Assembly: GCA_965208325.1 (NCBI GenBank)
Contig: OZ242326.1
Span: 2,048,001-2,112,000, forward strand
Direction: 5' to 3'
DNA from: Candidatus Poribacteria bacterium
GTDB lineage: Bacteria; Poribacteria; WGA-4E; PCPOR2b
DNA length: 64,000 nucleotides
A model generated the notes under the pieces. It saw only the letters and a list, made by a program, of their open reading frames with translations. It did no database searches and had not been told where the DNA came from. This document shows positions 39,840 through 49,703 of this stretch, piece by piece (position 1 is the stretch's first letter; every line of letters begins with the position of its first letter). The position numbers were made by a program, and so were the translations under genes.

Positions 39840-40210
39840 GAGCCTGTTTGAACAATTGGTGCCAAAGCCATTCTTGGGCGTTTGAGTCGGTATAACCGGT
39901 GGAACTTCTATAGCGCGGTTTTTCTATCGCCTTCGCTATTCGTTCAGTCGATTTTATTCGGGCGCTTGATTCCACCAAATGCTTTACTCCAGCATTGTGC
40001 GGGGCAAGATGCCCCGCCTACAAGGCGTGGTGATACACGCTGGGCAAGGAAGTTCTCTAGCGCGCGGGATTTACTATCGCCCTCGTTATTCGCTCAGTTG
40101 ATTCTATTCAGGCGCTTGAACCCCGCCTACCGAGGGTAGTGAGGTGCTATACACCTGCCGCCCCTCCGGGGCTATCGGGTGGTGGAATTATTTTGGAAAG
40201 ATGTCTATTA
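39840..40210. mobile_element. Composite MITE/REP-like dispersed repeat, copy A
   Basis: Begins GAGCCTGTTTGAA; colinear with 53373-53663; carries GTAG-REP (39999-40021), an internal ~70-bp duplication (39901-39969 vs 40048-40119) and the CACCTGCCGCCCC palindrome. Confidence 0.7.
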
Positions 40211-40243
40211 ATCAGATGCGGCTTCATGCCAAAATTCTTGGTC

Positions 40244-40289
40244 AAAAAAAAGGCAGGAGGCGAAATTTCTACCTCCTGCCACGTTTTTT
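40244..40289. terminator. Intrinsic terminator downstream of iscA
   Basis: A-run, GGCAGGAGG/CCTCCTGCC stem, then T-run. Confidence 0.75.
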
Positions 40290-40302
40290 CGTGAAAACGA
40301 CC

Positions 40303-40644
40303 TTATACGCTGAAAGATTCTCCGCAGCCACATGTGGACTTCGCATTGGGGTTGGTGATTTTGAAACCCGAATCCATTAATCCGTCTGCGTAATCTAGCG
40401 TTGAACCGGCGAGGTAGAGCGTACTGCGTGGATCCAGAAATATTTTTACACCATAATGCTCAAAGACTTTGTCGCCACTTCGTGGTTCGTCGAATCCAAG
40501 TTCGTACTGAAAGCCGGAACACCCCCCACCAACCACCTTCATACGCAAGCCGTACTCTTTCTCAGCGTGGTAATCATCATCATTTTTTGCCGTTTCAAGC
40601 AATGTGAGCGTTTTCTTGGCGGCCGATTCCGTTACAGTAATCAT
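40303..40644 (-). CDS. iscA: A-type Fe-S carrier (IscA/ErpA/HesB)
   Basis: GGGCSGFQY and NPNA...CGCGESF. Confidence 0.93.
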   Translation of the reverse strand: MITVTESAAKKTLTLLETAKNDDDYHAEKEYGLRMKVVGGGCSGFQYELGFDEPRSGDKVFEHYGVKIFLDPRSTLYLAGSTLDYADGLMDSGFKITNPNAKSTCGCGESFSV

Positions 40645-41038
40645 ACGAACCCTCCTCCTTTCTAATTTCTCGAATTTCACGCGAAAAATAGTCGTGAATT
40701 GCTGTCTTCAATACCTCTACAGCTAGCGCAAGAAATCGAGTTTTGTCTGGCGGCAGGTTACCGAGTGCCGCCTCAACTTGAGAATCTGTAATATTCAATG
40801 CTTCTTCGATTGAAATCCCTTTGATGAGTTCGGTTAATGCTGAATTTGCCGCAATCGCAGCGACACAACCAATGGTCCTGAATTTAGCGTCAACAATCCG
40901 GTTTTGGGAAATTTTGATTGTGAGTTTCATCAAGTCACTATCTGCGGGGGTTCCGACGATTCCTACCCCATCCGCATCCTTAATCGTACCGAGATTGCGC
41001 GGATATTTGTAATGATCGATAACCTGTTGCGTATACAT
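40595..41038 (-). CDS. IscU/NifU-N-like scaffold protein with degenerate Cys ligands
   Basis: Y...V.DHY..PRN.G, I.DAKF.T.GC.AAIA..S, LG.LPP.K; first and third Cys positions substituted. Confidence 0.85.
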   Translation of the reverse strand: MYTQQVIDHYKYPRNLGTIKDADGVGIVGTPADSDLMKLTIKISQNRIVDAKFRTIGCVAAIAANSALTELIKGISIEEALNITDSQVEAALGNLPPDKTRFLALAVEVLKTAIHDYFSREIREIRKEEGSYDYCNGIGRQENAHIA

Positions 41039-41401
41039 AATGATTTAATGTTTGCAAGCTACACTGAAGGCACGGGTAAGTTAGCATAATTATATTCCAC
41101 TACGCTGCAAATGTCAAATGTCATTTTCGAAACCCGTACTGAAATTACAATTATCATGACTGCTTAATTCTGAGCGGCAGTAACGTTTGATTTTAGGTAT
41201 CAAACGCCCGTCAATTGCCTTCGACAAATCCATTTACTTTGTCGAAGAATTGATGTATAATCAACAAAAATTGATGTCACAGATTTTATGTTTTAATTAT
41301 TTTCAAGCGGGCGACTATATAGAAACCGAAACGGCTAATGCGCAAGACGTAGTGTAACTTCCAAGGGAAGCGAGCTGTACGCACAGGTTATTGAATTCAA
41401 G

Positions 41402-42430
41402 ATGTCCAATTCCCAAAAGAACGACAGAGAAAAAGTTGACCTCTCGATTGTCATTCCGGTATTCAATGAGGCGGAGAATCTCCACGACCTTTACAGCCGA
41501 CTAACCGATGCGCTTTCAAAACTCAAGAAATCGTATGAAATCATCTTTATTGACGATGGAAGTACTGATCTCAGCTTTGAGATTCTGCGCAAGATGGCTC
41601 AGACGCATACCAATATTCACGCTATCCGTTTTCGCCGCAACTTCGGGCAGACTGCTGCGATGAGTGCGGGCTTCGATTATGCGTGCGGCGAAGTGATTGT
41701 GCCGATGGATGCCGATCTTCAGAATGACCCTTTCGACGTAGAACGGCTGCTAGAGAAATTAGATGACGGCTACGACATTGTCAGTGGGTGGAGAGCGAAT
41801 CGACAAGACGGTTTTTTTCTGCGCCGCATCCCATCAATTCTCGCAAATCGCCTAATCTCCTGGATGACGGGCGTTTACCTCCACGACTTTGGATGTACCT
41901 TGAAAGCCTACCGACGTGAAATACTCGAAAACATTAACCTGTACGGCGAGTTGCACCGTTTTATCCCGGCATTTGCAAATCTGATTGGCGCCCGAATGGC
42001 GGAAATCAAGGTGAGGCATCACCCACGTGCACGCGGGAAATCGAAATACGGCATTTCTCGCACAATTCGGGTCATTTTGGATCTCATCACAGTTAAGTTT
42101 CTCATGAGTTATTCAACGCGTCCAATCCAGATTTTTGGCCTATTTGGCTTAATCTTCTTCCTCTCGGGAATTTGCATTTGCGGATATCTTTCGATTGGGA
42201 AATTGTTTTTCCCGGCGGGCGTTGAATCAGGCATTTTGTCCTATCTTTACGCAGCCACTGGGGAGCGCGGATTTAGTCTAATTGAACGCATGCCGATGCT
42301 GATTTTGGGCGTGCTACTTCTGTTTACAGGCATCCAGTTCATCACAATGGGACTAATAGGCGAATTGGTAATTAGGACTTACCACGAATCTCAGAAGAAG
42401 CCGATTTACGTCATCCGCGACATCATCTGA
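41402..42430 (+). CDS. GT2 polyprenyl-phosphate glycosyltransferase (ArnC/GtrB-like)
   Basis: SIVIPVFNE, DDGSTD, RNFGQTAA, DADLQNDP, YGELHRFIP and two C-terminal TM helices. Confidence 0.92.
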   Translation: MSNSQKNDREKVDLSIVIPVFNEAENLHDLYSRLTDALSKLKKSYEIIFIDDGSTDLSFEILRKMAQTHTNIHAIRFRRNFGQTAAMSAGFDYACGEVIVPMDADLQNDPFDVERLLEKLDDGYDIVSGWRANRQDGFFLRRIPSILANRLISWMTGVYLHDFGCTLKAYRREILENINLYGELHRFIPAFANLIGARMAEIKVRHHPRARGKSKYGISRTIRVILDLITVKFLMSYSTRPIQIFGLFGLIFFLSGICICGYLSIGKLFFPAGVESGILSYLYAATGERGFSLIERMPMLILGVLLLFTGIQFITMGLIGELVIRTYHESQKKPIYVIRDII

Positions 42431-42574
42431 AGAGAAAGAATGCCGAGTAAATGGGCAGTGCGCAGATTCAACCATTTTCCCACCTAATAGCGGAATGATT
42501 TGACGATTGGATTTCGTCTCGAAAATAACGGATTGAACTCACATTAGAAGAAACTGAAGGAATGCGCCTCGCTG

Positions 42575-42958
42575 ATGAACAATGGCTTAAGCTTTAGAAT
42601 ATTCATACTACTCGTATTAAATGTGTTATTAACAGTTGGCGGGCAACTGCTGCTCAAGCGAGGGATGATGGCTGTGGGCCCGGTTCAGTCCCTGCGAGAC
42701 GCAATTCCCAAGCTCGTCCAAGCCTTATTCAATCCATTCGTCATTGGCGGAATCTCGGTGTACGGATTTACAATGATGATTTGGCTCATCATATTATCAC
42801 GCGTTAAATTGAGTGTTGCCTACCCAATGATTAGCCTCGGCTATGTTATGTCAATTCTGCTGTCGTGGTTATTTCTTAAAGAATCCGTGCCTAAGATTCG
42901 AATCATCGGGGCGGTTGTAATCTGTATCGGTGTTTATCTGGTTGCCCGCAGCGACTGA
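42575..42958 (+). CDS. SMR/EamA-type small membrane protein (ArnE/ArnF-like flippase)
   Basis: GQLLLK.G, LS.V.LSVAYP..SL.YV; four TM helices; next to the GT2 gene. Confidence 0.82.
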   Translation: MNNGLSFRIFILLVLNVLLTVGGQLLLKRGMMAVGPVQSLRDAIPKLVQALFNPFVIGGISVYGFTMMIWLIILSRVKLSVAYPMISLGYVMSILLSWLFLKESVPKIRIIGAVVICIGVYLVARSD

Positions 42959-42974
42959 TACAGCGGAGGTCAAA

Positions 42975-43691
42975 GTGGCAGAGATGAGCACCGTGAAGCG
43001 ATCGTACCTAGCGATGCTTTTATCAATTGTTCCAGGAATGGGACAACTCTATTTACGTAAACCGCTGAAGGGTTTGATTCTATTTCTGGGAGTACTCTCT
43101 GCGGGTGCGGTAATTTACATCAGTTCGCTTCCTGTAAATGATTGGCGCGACTTGGTACGCTTCGATGGACTTGAAACATGGTGGAAATCCCGCCAGGCTG
43201 GCATAGAGTCGCGGGAGGATGCTGGAAAGTCCGAACCTACCGCCGTGAAAGCAAAAGAATATCATGAGCGCGATTACCATTTGTACACATTTGACGACAA
43301 CTTCCTGTTTCGCATTGACGCGCAGTTCCAACGGCACTTAGACAGAAAAAGCATCTCGGAAAAATTGCTGCGAATATTTAAGGACAATAACATCCTGCTC
43401 TCTAAGGAAGCCATTGTTTCTATAAAGAAACCCAACACCCGATGGATTATCTCGGACGGAAATCGCACATACGCGGTCAGGAAAGTAGATGGGCAGTTAA
43501 ACATTTTTGCTGTTAAGAATTTAATGTATCGCCCATCCTGGAAGTTAAAAATTAGCGGCTTTATTCAAGGCATTGCCTTCTGGATCTATGCGGTCTTTGA
43601 TAGTTGGAAGGGACGGCGAGGATTCAATCGGCGGGCACTTAAGAAAAAATTGAAGAAAACTGAACGAGATTCAGTAGAAGAGAGTGAATAA
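42975..43691 (+). CDS. Hypothetical membrane protein
   Basis: LLS.VPG.GQLY...KG TM motif; GGAGG RBS before GTG 42975; carries the ~70-aa module also found in the HEAT protein. Confidence 0.75.
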   Translation: MAEMSTVKRSYLAMLLSIVPGMGQLYLRKPLKGLILFLGVLSAGAVIYISSLPVNDWRDLVRFDGLETWWKSRQAGIESREDAGKSEPTAVKAKEYHERDYHLYTFDDNFLFRIDAQFQRHLDRKSISEKLLRIFKDNNILLSKEAIVSIKKPNTRWIISDGNRTYAVRKVDGQLNIFAVKNLMYRPSWKLKISGFIQGIAFWIYAVFDSWKGRRGFNRRALKKKLKKTERDSVEESE

Positions 43692-43817
43692 ATCGATGAT
43701 GGTGCGATAAAGAGTTGAATAAGCAAACGATGGCTTTAATTGAGCCGTGAGACATTAGCGTATTCATGTGATGAACGAAATTTAAATACATGCGGATTGG
43801 GTCAAGAAAGGAAAATC

Positions 43818-44189
43818 ATGCCGTTTTTTGCTTCTGAGAAACTACCCAAAATGCAATTATTCCCCGGCGCGCTCAGCGGCATTGTCGCGGGCGAAAATTT
43901 GCTTCTCTCTTTCCTCGAAATGGAAGAGGGGAGTGAAGTTCCGGCGCACAGCCATCCACACGAGCAAGCCGGTATTTTATTATCGGGGAAGATGCGATTC
44001 AGGATTGGTTCAGAGGAATGCCTCATGGAAGCAGGGGATGCATTCATTGTTCCCCCAGACGTGGTGCATTCGGGGAATGTAGTAGAGGGGCCGGCGCGCG
44101 TGTTGGACATCTTCGCCCCGCCCCGAGAAGATTACATTGATAGATACAATAAGTATTCGAGCACTTCAGCTCAGACTCTTTGGAAATAG
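43818..44189 (+). CDS. Cupin domain protein
   Basis: P.HSHPHEQ.G..LSG, GD...VP.DV.H, DIF.PPREDY. Confidence 0.92.
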   Translation: MPFFASEKLPKMQLFPGALSGIVAGENLLLSFLEMEEGSEVPAHSHPHEQAGILLSGKMRFRIGSEECLMEAGDAFIVPPDVVHSGNVVEGPARVLDIFAPPREDYIDRYNKYSSTSAQTLWK

Positions 44190-44287
44190 AGGGTAATCTG
44201 GCCTTACTAAAGATTGCCATGAGTCCCGTCGTGCGAGTATGGCGTAATTATTCCCAATCTTTGAGTCCGAGCTAGCAGAAGGCATTT

Positions 44288-47200
44288 ATGCAATCCAAAC
44301 AGTCTAACGAGCACAATCCATACCGTAAAAACATAACATATTCGCAATGCCCCTCGGTTAATCTCTACCCGGGCGAACAACTCCGCGGCTTTGAGGTAAA
44401 AGCCGTCACGCCAATCGACGAACTGCGAGCTACGGCTATTGAACTCGCCCATGAAAATAGCGGCGCACGGCTACTGCATCTCTATGTGGAGGACACCAGA
44501 AACTGGTTTTCAATCAGTCCGATGACTCCGGCACCCGACGATACGGGTGTACAACACATTGTTGAACACTCCGTAATGTCGGGATCTCGAAACTATCCGG
44601 TCAGGAATGTGTTTTTTGAAATGATGAAGATGAGCCTGGCAAGTTTTGACAGCACGAATGCTATGAACGCGGTCGACCACGCCTATTACTATGCTTCAAG
44701 CGGTGTAAAAAAAGACCTATTCAACCTTGCCGAGGTATTCTTTGATTCCGTTTTTCATGCGCTGCTGACCGAGCAGACATTCAAACGCGAGGGGCACCAT
44801 CTTGAACCTGTGGACTCAAATCAACCGACTGGCGGCTTAAAATTTTACGGGATTGTCTATAATGAGGTTAAAAGCGGTAGATCCGATCCAAGAGCGTGCT
44901 TTTATCTCGCCGTGACCGCCGGACTTCTTCCCGACACCTGCTATGCCAACAACGGCGGTGGAGATTCTGCGGCTATGCCGAATCTTACCTACGAAGGTTT
45001 CAAATCCTTTTACCAAACCTACTTTCGTCCGAGCAACTGTTACTTCTTCTTATACGGGAATATTCCAACAGACAATTATTTGGAGTTTCTCGCTGATAAA
45101 CTTGGAGCCATTCCAAAAACTGAAAAAGACGCGGGGCTCCACCCACTTCGACCGGAAATTTCCCGCCAACCGAAATGGAAATCTGCAAAGACGGTGAGAG
45201 TCTGCTATCCGATTGGAGCAGATGAGCCGCTCACCGAAAAGACACATCTGATGCTCAGTTGGTTAATTGGCGATGCAACCGATCCTGAGGACACCGTATT
45301 GTGCCGAATATTGAGCCTTCTCCTCTTTGGCAATGAGGGGGCGCCCCTCCGAAGAGCGATAATAGGTTCCAGACTAGGTACCGACGTATTCGACAGCGGG
45401 TTCATGGACGGACTAACCGGTCCGAACAGCACATTTCACGCCGGACTGTTAGGCAGCGAAGCGGATCGAATTGACACATTCACGGAATTGGTTCTAAATA
45501 CATTAGCAGAAATTGCAGACGCAGATATTGACACGGAAACGGTTGAGGCTGCGTTTCAACAACTCACATATGAATATCAAGAAGTTACGCCGAAGTTACC
45601 GTTTCAGATGATGAAGCGAGTCATAAACGCTTGGATATATGAAAAGGAACCGACCCTCTTTCTTAAGATGGGAGCATGTCTGTCAACTATCCGCAAACGA
45701 TGGGAGCAGAACCCCCGAATTTTCAATGATTTAATTCGGGAAAGACTGCTTAATAACCCGCATCAATTGACGACTGTCCTTTCGCCTGATCCGGGTATGC
45801 AAGCTCGGCTTGACGCTAATGAGAATCAGCGTCTGGAAAAAATACGCGCGCAATTCAGTGATGAGCAGGTGAGACAGATTGCCGCGGAAGCCGGCGAACT
45901 AGAGCGCTTAAACGATCAACCGAACTCACCGGAGGATTTGGCTAAGTTGCCGCAACTGCAGGTCGCCGATCTGCCGGAGAAGCCGCTGCACATTCCCACA
46001 ACCGTGGAATCGGTCAACGGACGTCCCCTCCTCCGCAGCGAAGTCTTTTCAAACGGCGTGAACTACGTGGAACTAAGTTTTGATTTGCGAGGATTACCGC
46101 AGCATTTATGGAGCTACCTACCCCATTACACGAATGCCATCGGTAAGTTTGGCGCCGGCAAAATGAATTACCAACAGATAGCGAAACGCACGGCGGCAGC
46201 TACCGGGGGTGTTGAATGCGCTCCGACTTTTGGCACGCACGCACTTGATTCATGCCGCCCAGTGTGGAACGTGCAGTTTCGATTGAAAACGCTTGACGGT
46301 AAGATTGAGGATGCAATGCGTTTACTGCAAGATTTGGTATTCGCAGTCAACCCGCGCGATAAGGAGCGTTTATACGTTGTGCTCAATCAGGCAATGACAA
46401 CATTTCGGACTTACATGCAGGGTTACCGCGGCCCAAATATAGCCAACCATCATGCTGCACGCGGGTTTTCGCCTCAGGCATACCTATCGGAAATAGTCTT
46501 TGGGCTCCCTCAGCTGCGTAGGATTGAAAACCTGCTCAATCGAGTTGACGAATGCCATGACCAACTCGGTGAGAACCTTGCACAGATTCGAGATTTCCTG
46601 TTGGTACGCGGCCGCGTCACGGCAAGTTTTACGGGCACTGATAAAGCGAATGGCGTGTTTCAAAGAAAATTCAAAGAGTGGATTGGCAGTATGCGTGATG
46701 AGTCGTTAACTCCGGCGCCAACGGGGTTTGAACCCTTTGAGAAATATCCGCGCGAAGGACTGGCGGCGCCAGTTGATGTAGCGTACTGCACGCAAGTAAT
46801 GCCGGCGCCGCACTACTCGCACAAAAACTCAAGCCTTTTGACTGTAGGAGCGAACATCGTTGCATATGACTATGCGTTCAAGGAAATCCGTCTCAAAGGG
46901 AACGCCTATTATGGATCGTTCGCTTACAACCCCTTTGAAGGGCGAATATACCATGACTCCTTCGCTGATCCGCACATTGCTCGAACGCTAGACGTTTTCT
47001 CACGGACGGGTGATTATGTCAGAAAATCGGAGTGGACGCAGAGCGATATTGATCATGCGATTATTTCGAGAGCGGGGTACTTCCAAAAGACACTCCGACC
47101 TAGCCAAGCCGCAGCCGATGCGCTCACGAATCATCTCACAGGTCAGACGCAGGAAGTTATTGAAGAAAAATATGACCAACTGCGAAGCGCAACTCCTAAG

Positions 47201-47335
47201 GAGGTAAAGCGGGCAATGCTCCAAGTTCTTGAGGAAAATCGGGATAAAGCCTCGGTTTGCGTCGTGGCGAGCCGCGAGAAATTAGAAGCCGAAAACAAGA
47301 AAATGGCAACCCCTTTGAGCATTGAGGACATCTAG
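44288..47335 (+). CDS. M16C metallopeptidase (presequence protease/insulinase family)
   Basis: DDTGV.HIVEHSV.SGS (HxxEH), REGH, GIVYNE, YF.PSN..F.LYGN, IRLKGNAY.G. Confidence 0.92.
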   Translation: MQSKQSNEHNPYRKNITYSQCPSVNLYPGEQLRGFEVKAVTPIDELRATAIELAHENSGARLLHLYVEDTRNWFSISPMTPAPDDTGVQHIVEHSVMSGSRNYPVRNVFFEMMKMSLASFDSTNAMNAVDHAYYYASSGVKKDLFNLAEVFFDSVFHALLTEQTFKREGHHLEPVDSNQPTGGLKFYGIVYNEVKSGRSDPRACFYLAVTAGLLPDTCYANNGGGDSAAMPNLTYEGFKSFYQTYFRPSNCYFFLYGNIPTDNYLEFLADKLGAIPKTEKDAGLHPLRPEISRQPKWKSAKTVRVCYPIGADEPLTEKTHLMLSWLIGDATDPEDTVLCRILSLLLFGNEGAPLRRAIIGSRLGTDVFDSGFMDGLTGPNSTFHAGLLGSEADRIDTFTELVLNTLAEIADADIDTETVEAAFQQLTYEYQEVTPKLPFQMMKRVINAWIYEKEPTLFLKMGACLSTIRKRWEQNPRIFNDLIRERLLNNPHQLTTVLSPDPGMQARLDANENQRLEKIRAQFSDEQVRQIAAEAGELERLNDQPNSPEDLAKLPQLQVADLPEKPLHIPTTVESVNGRPLLRSEVFSNGVNYVELSFDLRGLPQHLWSYLPHYTNAIGKFGAGKMNYQQIAKRTAAATGGVECAPTFGTHALDSCRPVWNVQFRLKTLDGKIEDAMRLLQDLVFAVNPRDKERLYVVLNQAMTTFRTYMQGYRGPNIANHHAARGFSPQAYLSEIVFGLPQLRRIENLLNRVDECHDQLGENLAQIRDFLLVRGRVTASFTGTDKANGVFQRKFKEWIGSMRDESLTPAPTGFEPFEKYPREGLAAPVDVAYCTQVMPAPHYSHKNSSLLTVGANIVAYDYAFKEIRLKGNAYYGSFAYNPFEGRIYHDSFADPHIARTLDVFSRTGDYVRKSEWTQSDIDHAIISRAGYFQKTLRPSQAAADALTNHLTGQTQEVIEEKYDQLRSATPKEVKRAMLQVLEENRDKASVCVVASREKLEAENKKMATPLSIEDI

Positions 47336-47448
47336 GACGCACGTAGTTGAACGCCCAAAGGTTCGTATTCGAGGTAGGAGTCTGTACAACTTGAATTCTC
47401 GCAACCAAAGACGATTCATTAATGTTGTCGAGCACCAACTCAATGCGG

Positions 47449-47510
47449 CACACCTGTCGCCCCGCTGGGGCTTTGTGCGGGGCAAGATGCCCCGCCTACA
47501 AGGTGTGGTG
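47449..47510. repeat. Adjacent pair of REP-like palindromes
   Basis: CACCTGTCGCCCCGCTGGGGCT followed by GCGGGGCAAGATGCCCCGCCTAC (identical to 39999-40021 and 53533-53555). Confidence 0.75.
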
Positions 47511-47617
47511 GCGTACACAGTTTTTCCGGATGCGAGAGAACGCCGTTTGATGCATCGGCTCGTAAGTCCGGCTATTGCACAAATATGAGGAGTACGGTGA
47601 AGCATCAGGAATATGGC

Positions 47618-48169
47618 ATGAAAGCGTTATGGATTCGCTTCAGTCTCGTTTTGCTAACGGTTACGTTTGCTTGTTCGGATAGAAACTCACCGGACGACGT
47701 TGCCGAAGATTTCATCTATAACTACTATCTGCGTGCGAACCAGGAAGCTGCGCTGCATTTGAGCGAAGCGTTGGCTGAAGAGAAATTAAAATCGGAAATC
47801 GAATTATTGCGTAACGTCCGCCAGCCGGGTGAAGCACCGGACAGTCCGCCGAAAATTAAGTATAAAATGATAGGGAAAAAAGTCTACAATGAAAGCGTTG
47901 TCCGGTTAAAGAATGGGAAAGAAATCATCGGGGTAGTTGAAGGAAATGATAAAAACGCACCTACAGCGTTCACAATTAGACCCCGCGATGGCGAGAGCAT
48001 GACAATGCCTAGCGGCGAGGTTGACCGCATCGTTGAACAGAAGCGTGTTTTTTTCAGCTATCGACTGACGGTCAAGGACGCTGAAAACTTGATTCCGCCC
48101 CGCACCGCTGTGCTTTACACTGAATTAATCGAAGGCGAGTGGAAGGTCGTGAATTTTGACGAATACTAA
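47618..48169 (+). CDS. Hypothetical lipoprotein
   Basis: Signal peptide ending TFAC; SP..VAE.F and C-terminal G.WKVV (NTF2-like pattern). Confidence 0.72.
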   Translation: MKALWIRFSLVLLTVTFACSDRNSPDDVAEDFIYNYYLRANQEAALHLSEALAEEKLKSEIELLRNVRQPGEAPDSPPKIKYKMIGKKVYNESVVRLKNGKEIIGVVEGNDKNAPTAFTIRPRDGESMTMPSGEVDRIVEQKRVFFSYRLTVKDAENLIPPRTAVLYTELIEGEWKVVNFDEY

Positions 48170-48175
48170 AGGTTT

Positions 48176-49630
48176 TTAGCCCTTTATTACACCGACTGGA
48201 CGCATGCGCGCAACCCGCCGCGAGAGACCTGCCGCATCAACAACCTTGACGACTTCATCGACATCTTTGTAGGCTTCGGGGACTTCCTCGTGGAGTGTTC
48301 GCCGACCTTCAGCCCGCACAAAGATTCCTTGTTTTTCAAGATGTTGAGCAATGGCACGCCCCTTTGTTAACTCCACCGCTTTTCGACGTGAAAGCATACG
48401 TCCTGCGCCGTGGCAGGTGGTTCCCCAAGTCTGTTCCATCGCCGATGGGCTTCCGACGAGGACGTAAGATGCGGTTCCCATGTCGCCGGGGATTAGCACG
48501 GGCTGCCCAATATTCTGGTACTTCTCCGGAATTTCAGGGTGTCCGGCTGGAAAGGCTCTCGTCGCGCCTTTGCGATGGACGAACAATTCACGTTCCTCAC
48601 CGTCCACAAGATGTTTCTCAAATTTCCCAATGTTGTGAGCAACATCGTAAACTAACTCCAACCCTAGTTCATGTTCGCTGGTTTCGAAAAAGTCCATGAA
48701 TACCTGCCGCACCCAGTGCATGATGCACTGACGATTATTCCAGGCATAGTTTGCGCCGCAAGCCATTGCGGCGATATAGTCTTCTCCCTCTTTCGAGTTT
48801 ATTGGCGCGGACGCGAGTTGGCGGTCGGGGAGGTTGATTCCATACTTTTTGGCAACGTCTATCCATGTCTTGACGTGCTCGTCGCACACTTGATAGCCGA
48901 AGCCGCGTGAACCGGTGTGAATCATCACGCAAATTTGCCCTTCGGATAACCCCATGACCTCTGCTGCCTCGCGATAGAGCACTCGATCGACTACTTGAAC
49001 TTCTAGGAAGTGATTCCCGGAACCGAGCGTGCCGAGCTGGTTTTTCCCGCGCTCAAGTGCGCGTTTGCTAGGCGCGCCAGCGTCGGCGAAATCCAGAAAC
49101 CCGTTTGCCTCCGTAAATTGGAGATCTTCAATATTGCCGTATTCGCGCTCAACTGCCCAGCGTGATCCTTTCGAAAGCATCTCCTTTTCTTCCTGAACGG
49201 AGAGCCGTATCTTTCCACTGGAACCCACGCCGCATGGGATATTGTCAAACAGCTTGCCCACGAGACTTTTGATTTTGCCATCTACGTGTTTAATGTTGAG
49301 GTTTGTCCGTATCAGACGCACGCCGCAGTTTAGGTCGTAACCGATTCCGCCCGGAGAGACAACACCGTCCGCTTGTGGATCTGTCGCCGCAACGCCGCCT
49401 ATTACGAATCCATAACCCCAATGCAAGTCTGGCATAGCGAGCGAATGTTTTACGATTCCCGGCAAATGCGCCACATTTGCGACTTGTTGCAAGGCTTCGT
49501 CGCTCTTCGCTTGCCGGAGCAATTTCTCGTTCGCATAGACTATTCCATCAACACGCATCCCTTTCATATAGCTTTTTGGGATACGCCATCGGTATTGGTC
49601 AATTTTTGATAGAGGTATATTCTTGGACAT
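48176..49630 (-). CDS. rtcB: RtcB RNA ligase
   Basis: AMPDLHWGYGF.IGGV, G.GYD.NCGVR, GTLGSGNHFLE, H.GSRG, HRKGAT, HGAGR, AYKD. Confidence 0.97.
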   Translation of the reverse strand: MSKNIPLSKIDQYRWRIPKSYMKGMRVDGIVYANEKLLRQAKSDEALQQVANVAHLPGIVKHSLAMPDLHWGYGFVIGGVAATDPQADGVVSPGGIGYDLNCGVRLIRTNLNIKHVDGKIKSLVGKLFDNIPCGVGSSGKIRLSVQEEKEMLSKGSRWAVEREYGNIEDLQFTEANGFLDFADAGAPSKRALERGKNQLGTLGSGNHFLEVQVVDRVLYREAAEVMGLSEGQICVMIHTGSRGFGYQVCDEHVKTWIDVAKKYGINLPDRQLASAPINSKEGEDYIAAMACGANYAWNNRQCIMHWVRQVFMDFFETSEHELGLELVYDVAHNIGKFEKHLVDGEERELFVHRKGATRAFPAGHPEIPEKYQNIGQPVLIPGDMGTASYVLVGSPSAMEQTWGTTCHGAGRMLSRRKAVELTKGRAIAQHLEKQGIFVRAEGRRTLHEEVPEAYKDVDEVVKVVDAAGLSRRVARMRPVGVIKG

Positions 49631-49703
49631 ATTCTCTTATCGCCTTTGATTTGGTATCGTCTGACAACATCAGCAAAATGAATTGAAATTCAGGATGCCG
49701 GTA

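Noticed and set aside
39882..40380. Short ORFs over the repeat element (also 47282-47605 and 53518-53712)
   Set aside because: They overlap REP/MITE-like repeats; shared peptides such as CRRGILPR simply translate the repeat
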